Origin: an uncultured bacterium
GTDB taxonomy: Bacteria; Patescibacteriota; JABMPQ01; CAVVCK01
Assembly: GCA_963746775.1 (NCBI GenBank)
Contig: CAVVCK010000001.1
Coordinates: forward strand, 418,435-482,434
Direction of reading: 5' to 3'
DNA length: 64,000 nucleotides
The notes beneath the pieces are model-generated. The model did not search any database and had not been told where the DNA came from. It saw nothing but the letters and a program-made list of their open reading frames with translations. Below, piece by piece: positions 60,086 through 64,000 of the stretch (its first letter is position 1; each line of letters begins with the position of its first letter). The translations under genes and the position numbers were made by a program.

Positions 60086-60715
60086 TTAAAATAAATTAGC
60101 TTTAATAATCAATCTCTTCCAACTCGTCCCCACCGGCCAGCAAGTAACTAAATTCAAAATTGATTTATCTTCTTCCTTAAATATTTCTTGATTTGCTTCT
60201 TTTAAACTCAAAACTTTATTTTCAAATATCGTATAATCATACCTTCTATTTTTAAAATAAACAAATATTTGATCTCCATTTTTTAGTTCAGATAAATTGG
60301 CAAAGATAGAATTATAATCCCCTTTTTCCCAAAAATAATTAGAACTGTGGCCGGATATTAAAATATTACCTGCTTCTCCTGGCATTGGAGTATTCGGATA
60401 ATGAGAAACACCTGACCGTAAATCTTCTTTTATATTTTCTTCTTTTTCAGAAAAAATAATTGGTGCCTTTATATTCAATTTTGGAATTATTAAAGTGTCT
60501 TCTATTTTAATTTCTGCTTGATTATTTTCTGCAATTAATTCTTTCTCAATTGATTCTATGCCTTTTTCTTTTGGTTTAGAAAATTTATATTTTGTAATTA
60601 ATGAAATGCTGGAATAATTAAATACCAAATACATTATGCAAAATATTATAATAAATAAGGCAATGAATTCAGAAATAATTTTTAATGTTTTTTTAAATTG
60701 CTGATTCATTGCCAT
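60086..60715 (-). CDS. sortase-family transpeptidase
   Basis: N-terminal TM anchor. Catalytic His ILISGHSS. TLxTC-type Cys LNLVTCWP. Downstream Arg WKRLIIKA. Confidence 0.6.
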   Translation of the reverse strand: MAMNQQFKKTLKIISEFIALFIIIFCIMYLVFNYSSISLITKYKFSKPKEKGIESIEKELIAENNQAEIKIEDTLIIPKLNIKAPIIFSEKEENIKEDLRSGVSHYPNTPMPGEAGNILISGHSSNYFWEKGDYNSIFANLSELKNGDQIFVYFKNRRYDYTIFENKVLSLKEANQEIFKEEDKSILNLVTCWPVGTSWKRLIIKANLF

Positions 60716-60717
60716 AT

Positions 60718-61347
60718 TTACATATATAAATTCCCCTTATTATTCCTGTCCCTCTGCCATTTGATGGGATTATTAATAATATACCTTCTGATATTATTTA
60801 AGGCAAATTCATTGCGAATAATATGGTCATAAAAACGCGGTTGCCATAATGGTATGCCCGGTGTATTTTGTAATTCATTTATCCTGCGCGCCGTAAATGT
60901 TTTAAATCCACGTATTATTTCGGACAATGAATAATATTTTGTATGTTGTTTATTGATTTGATTATGTTTGATGCGTTGATTGATATTCGTAGAGACAGGT
61001 TTGAAACCTATCTCTACGGGCGTACCATTCACGCCATACATATTATTAACATCATCACATTTTACACCCTTTATCCCATTATCAATAAATATCACCCCAT
61101 GAACATGATTGGGCATCACAATAAATTTATCCAAAACACAATTTGGATAATGATTGGGCAAATCAAACCAACATTTTTCAACAATTTGTGTTTGTTTTAT
61201 ATTGGATAATTTACCATTTATAATTTTACCAAAAAAATGTTGCTTATTTTTGGTGCAAATGGTAATAAAATACGCTCCGTCCGATGAATAATCATAATTG
61301 GGAAGACGCGTGGATTCTATTCGATATTTATTTTTAAATAAGGTCAT
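60718..61347 (-). mobile_element. REP-associated tyrosine transposase (RAYT, IS200/IS605-like Y1 HUH transposase)
   Basis: HUH motif MPNHVHGVIF and catalytic Tyr region WQPRFYDHIIRNEFALNNIRRYIINNP. Flanked by REP hairpins. Confidence 0.8.
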
Positions 61348-61359
61348 TATATATTTAAA

Positions 61360-61453
61360 GGCAGGTTTGACCCTGCCCCTCCTTCAAATTTTGTTGTACA
61401 GACAGGTTTTAAACCTGTCTTCTCGATTAGACAGGTTTTAAACCTGTCTGTAC
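61360..61453. repeat. REP-like palindromes adjacent to RAYT: GGCAGGTTTGACCCTGCC and two copies of GACAGGTTTTAAACCTGTC arranged as a larger palindrome
   Basis: Inverted repeats at 61360-61377, 61398-61420 and 61429-61453. A related palindrome, AGAGACAGGTTTGAAACCTATCTCT, lies inside the RAYT ORF at 60988-61018. Confidence 0.75.
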
Positions 61454-61463
61454 TACCTAAAAA

Positions 61464-64000
61464 TTAATCATGATATCGCACCGTCATCGTATAAGCAAAA
61501 CCAGCCCGGTCATCTGCTCCATTACTGGCCTGCACCGCTAATAAATTTTCTCCTCCCTGCATAAAAGTGGCCAAACCAAAGGTATGGGGATTATCACCTG
61601 ATCCCGCCTCCGGCACTTCACCGAAATAATGGCCATTAACATAGCCAATAAATCCCCAGGCTTCATTATCGGCTGACATTCGAATGGCTGCATCTGTTAT
61701 AATCACCCCAGATGGTATAGAAAATCTTTTCCTAAATAATGTGGTCTCATTAGGATCAACATGGCTGTCGCCCCAGAGCCATTCACAATTAGAACAAGGT
61801 CTTGAAATCGAATCGGGTGGCAGATTAGCATTATAAACTGCTCCATTCCAGGTACTATCGTTAAAGCTAGGATCCCACCAATTAGGCATAGGAATCTGAC
61901 CTCTGGTATATGGCCAATCTGGCACAATTGAAGTTCTATAAGTAGAATCTATTTGACTATGGAAGAAACTCGCCAATTGAACACTTAGAGACCAATTTTG
62001 TGTAGCCACATTACCAGCCATATCATAAATCGTCAGTTGAATATTATAAGTATGATTATCGCCACCCGGCGCTATCATCGCTTCTGCCGGAACTCATTCC
62101 TGGACCTCCCTCTCCTCTAATTCTATATTCTACTCGGCCATCAGTTATAGTTGCCAGCCGCGTCAAGCCATCAACTCGCAATGATACTCGGCTAGCATCA
62201 ATACCAGAACCTGCATCTTCATAATTAGCCCAAATAAGTTCCTCTTCATGATATATAGTGCCGGTTGGTCCAAAGCCGGTAATAATTGGACTCTGCGTAT
62301 CAATATTTATTGAAGTTTCATTTGAATAACTGGAAGTATTTGAAGCCGCATCGCGCGCTCTTGCTCTGTAAGACCACCCTCCATCTGCTAATCCCGATCC
62401 AAATTGATAAGAAAATGCACCACTATCATTAGTGTTAGTATAATAATGATACCCCCAAGCGCCTCCTCCTTGTTTTTTCTCTATTAAAACCCTTGAATTT
62501 CTTTCCGCTGTACCAGAAATAATCGGCCTATTATTGTTAGTTATTGAACCGTCCGAAGGTGAATTAATATGAGGAGCAGCCGGCGTAGTAATATCATTAA
62601 AAGTTACCTGCACATTGCCCGCAGCTGTCCCTAAAACGCTTTGCGCAGTAAGATGAGCTAAAGTTTGCGCCTCCCCGTAGCCGTTCCAGACAGATGATTT
62701 TAATTGAAATTCAATAAGCCCATTTTGGGTTAAAAGTTGGATGCCGGCTCTAGCCGCATTTTGGTCCGGCGTAATTATTGTTCCTAAATCAGTGCTAATG
62801 GTAATTTCCTGATTATTAGCCACAATATTGCCTGTTCTATCATAAATCACACCAGAATTAATTGTTGAAGTATAACTGCCATTAGCATCTAAGCTAATGG
62901 GCACAGCTGTCAAATTAATGGCACCCGCTGGATTGCCAGGTATCAAATTAATATTTCGAGAAACATTTTTAACAGACGCGCAATCTAAATCTGTGGCGGT
63001 AATTTCTATTTGCCCATCGCCAATTTTAGTAGCTGGTGTATAGACGGCCGTATATACACCATTGCCATGATCGGCCACGGCTGAAAGGCTGCCTGTCTCT
63101 CCTTCTATGCCATTATTATCAGTCATAGCAATTATTACCGGCTCACCAGCTAATTTAACACCAGTATTTCCTTCATGATCCAGCACCCTCGCTTCTAAAT
63201 TAACCATCTCTATCCCTTCAGCCGAAACTGTATCAGAAGAAGCTGTGAGAGTAATAGTATTAGCGGAAGTAGGTGTATAACCATTTACAATATTAGAAAT
63301 ACTAGACCAATTAGACACTTCATCAGAGGTTTTAATAGCTACATAATATGTTTCTTTTGGCTCTAAATTATCTAAAACAAGAGCTTGATGCGTCCCGGCT
63401 GCCTCAGGTAGAGGAGAATCAATTACTTGGGTAGCACTGTTAAAATTTTCTTCTGTAATAGCTGTTTTGGCATAGCGAATATCATAATCCTTGACCGTGC
63501 CAATATTCTCATCATCACCCACTGTGGTCCATTCTAAATTTAGAGAATGATAAGTTATTTCAGTAATAGCTAAATCAGAAATAGATAATGGCGCGATAGT
63601 ATCTAGGAAATATTTATAACTACCTGAGGTATTAGAATTGCCAGCGGCATCAAAAGCTTCTGCTTCTATAATATTTTCACCCTCCATTAAATTAATATTA
63701 GCTATCGCCCATTTGCCTTCAAGATCTGCCTGCCCGGCATAGTTTTTATGAATATCTTTTATATTAGTTAAAATAATTCTGCTCTCTGCTTCAGCTGTGC
63801 CACTAAAAGTTGCTTGCACACCTTCTAATTCTTCATTTTCATCAAAAGAAGCGTTAAAACTGACATTCCGCTCTGGAACCAAAATTACTGGTGGATCAGG
63901 AGCGGTAATATCAACTGTCGTTTGCGTATCCGACTCATCCGAATACTCTTCTAAATTTTCTGCCAAATCTTTGACTCTTGATCTAAAATAATAAGTAAGA
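61464..64000 (-). CDS. large secreted surface protein with Ig-like/fibronectin type III domains; 5' end beyond window; internal frameshift near 62056-62100
   Basis: FN3 segment SISDLAITEITYHSLNLEWTT...YDIRYAKT...ETYYVAIKTSD and Ig-like segments. The frame is open to the window end. ORFs 62056-63966 and 61464-62078 are consecutive parts in different frames. Confidence 0.6.

Overview
AT-rich (~30% GC), gene-dense bacterial window. Its hallmarks match a small-genome Patescibacteria/CPR-like organism or a similarly reduced bacterium: a 23S-5S rRNA operon with no adjacent 16S, reverse-RuMP pentose genes, PilB, sortase, VirB2/TrbC-like pilin paralogs, and many small secreted and membrane proteins.

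The core content is unusually biosynthetic for such a genome:
- Aromatic amino acid genes: aroA (partial), a tyrA-pheA fusion, and an aminotransferase.
- A branched-chain cluster, ilvE-ilvD-ilvB-ilvN plus ilvC. ilvD is interrupted by a homopolymer frameshift.
- A thrC fused to a LeuA-type regulatory domain.
- rpiB-hxlA-hxlB, a polyamine cluster (pdaD-speB-DHS-like), tsaD, tsaE, valS, trxA, galU, two P-type ATPases and an ABC-F protein.

Accessory content:
- A tandem array of six VirB2/TrbC-like pilin paralogs, two carrying Cys-rich ectodomains (46.7-50.3 kb).
- An M23 peptidase with FG-GAP repeats, followed by three paralogous fibre-like secreted proteins (24.7-29.6 kb).
- A cluster of three tiny HTH proteins, a 231-aa HTH protein, a structured noncoding segment and three small membrane proteins (33.4-36.0 kb).
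- An ABC exporter locus containing a C39-like peptidase, a decayed higB and an intact higA.
- A RelA/SpoT-like nucleotidyltransferase, tandem DUF3592-like membrane proteins, a REP-associated tyrosine transposase (RAYT) flanked by REP hairpins, and a large Ig/FN3 surface protein running off the window end.

Noncoding elements:
- tRNA-Leu(CAG).
- 5S and 23S rRNA with a consensus promoter.
- Several clear intrinsic terminators.
- A 31-bp GC-rich palindrome present twice.
- CAGCTG-centred palindromes inside the ilv operon.
- A TTTCGTACGT motif present three times.

No CRISPR array was seen.
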